Origin: Squalus acanthias
Taxonomy: Eukaryota
Reading direction: 5' to 3'
Length of the DNA stretch: 64,000 nucleotides
Assembly (NCBI GenBank): GCA_030390025.1
Contig: CM059433.1
Location: 15,750,001-15,814,000 of the forward strand
Shown in pieces: positions 62,555 to 64,000 of this stretch. Below the pieces are notes generated by a model. That model worked only from the letters and a program-made list of their open reading frames with translations. It was not told the origin of the DNA and did no database searches. Position 1 is the stretch's first letter; each line of letters begins with the position of its first letter. Made by a program: the position numbers and the translations under genes.

Positions 62555-62750
62555 ATCTGGAAGGCAAGAGAGGACAGACAGCGCCTCGGTTTAATGTCTC
62601 ACCCAAAAGACGACACCTCCAACAGCACAGTGCTCCCTCAGTACTGCACTAAGAGTGGCAACATGGATTTTGTGGTCAAGTCTCTGGAGTGGGACTTGAA
62701 CTCTCAACCTTCTGACTCAGAAGCGAGAGTGCTATCACGGAGCCACGGAT
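62555..62750 (-). mobile_element. Deu-domain SINE 5' part
   Basis: Reverse strand tRNA-like head (GTTCAAGTCCC), then GTGCAGTACTGAGGGAGCACTG..GGAGGTGTCGTCTTTTGGGTGAGACATTAAACCGAGG. Confidence 0.7.
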
Positions 62751-62774
62751 GACAGCCCTTTAACTAGCGAATAT

Positions 62775-62973
62775 CCTAAGCTCTGGAATTCCCTCCCTAA
62801 ACATCTCCACACCTCTCTCCTCCTTGAAGTCTTTCCTTAAAACCTACACCTCCTGTCCTAATATCTCCTTATGTGGTCCGATGTCAAATTTTGTCTGATT
62901 ATGATCCTGTGAAGTGCCTTGGGATGTTTTACTAAGTTAAAGGCACTATATAAATGCAAGTTGTTGTTGTTGT
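62775..62973 (+). mobile_element. L2 3' tail
   Basis: CTCTGGAATTCCCTCCCTAAA..GGCACTATATAAATGCAA(GTT)n. Confidence 0.8.
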
Positions 62974-63344
62974 TTACCCTATTACTACTGCATTCCTAAC
63001 TGAATTGCCAAACTCTTTACCACACCTGCCATCCCCCTGAATCATCTCTTGGTGATGAAAAGGCAAACAACTTTTTGAATTCATCCGATATGAATTGTTG
63101 TTCTGTCTCTCAAAGAGAAAGTGAGAATGAAAATCTGTTTATCTTCGAAAAAGTCAGTCACAATTGCAATCACTCACACTATTTTTAGATGTGAATCATC
63201 TATAAAAGTGACTATTTTGGAACAGCATTTGTTTCATAAAAAATCTATACACTTATTGTTAACAATAATTTAATGTTATGTTTGTATTTCTCTGACAATA
63301 ATATAGATGTTGGTCAACCACTTCAGATTCCTTCATCGGATCAT

Positions 63345-63585
63345 TGAGGTTCACAGCACAGAAGCAGGCCCTTCAGTGCATCATGCCTTTGGCAGCTCTT
63401 TGCTGGAGCAATCCAACACTTATCCCCCCCACCCTGCTCTTGCCCCATAGTCCTGTATCTCCCTCTGCTTCACAAATGTATCCAATTTTCCCATAAAGAA
63501 TGCAATGGTTTCGGCCTCGACCATTCCCTGTAGCAAAGCATTCCATGCTCCAACAACCGTTGAATAAGAAAATTTCTTCTATTCT
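63345..63585 (-). mobile_element. Old CR1 3' tail
   Basis: Similar to 57580-57810. Confidence 0.55.
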
Positions 63586-64000
63586 CGATACTCATTCTTA
63601 GTAATAATTATTGTGACAGTCTTTACATTGTATACGGGAAGTAATGGCTTTGAGATGTTTTGAGATTCTACCACATTTGGTGCAATCAATCTGTCTAATA
63701 TATAAAAAAAATTAGAGTATTTGTCACACTTCAGATGTCAGATGTCAGAGTGTCAAAAAAGAAAGGCAGTCATTTCATGCTGTTTTTGTTTAACTTGAAG
63801 TGGGAAAATTACAAGCACCAGCTATGTTTACTTGTAGAAATTAGGCTCTGGCCTTAAAGGGGTATTGCACTTAAATATCGCTTCATCTTAGCAGCAGGTT
63901 AATACATTGTGCGTGATCTCATGGTCCTGTTCTTATAGAACTATGCATCAGTGAACATCATCACAGAGGGCCCACTAGTCCATTAATTATATAATTGCCT

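Overview
Eukaryotic (vertebrate) DNA made almost entirely of transposable elements. V-SINE/HE1-type SINEs, Deu-domain SINEs, esterase-ORF1 CR1 LINEs and Penelope-type repeats suggest a cartilaginous fish (inference). No host gene could be identified with confidence. PIF/Harbinger DNA transposons dominate: one near-intact two-gene element (51795-56002; intact DDE transposase plus a 3-exon Myb/SANT gene broken only by one extra G in a homopolymer), a decayed element ending in a perfect foldback (1-2883), three older fossils, and about eight MITEs with related termini. Also present are a Gypsy element with 120-bp LTRs, a young CR1 nested in a Penelope element, RTE, L2 and other LINE fragments, and two putative solo LTRs. 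Highlights are minimal hammerhead-ribozyme motifs in Penelope-type ends, two minisatellites lying inside fossil Harbinger genes, and a Harbinger inserted into an older Harbinger transposase at its RKG motif. All family names come from motif recognition, not database searches.
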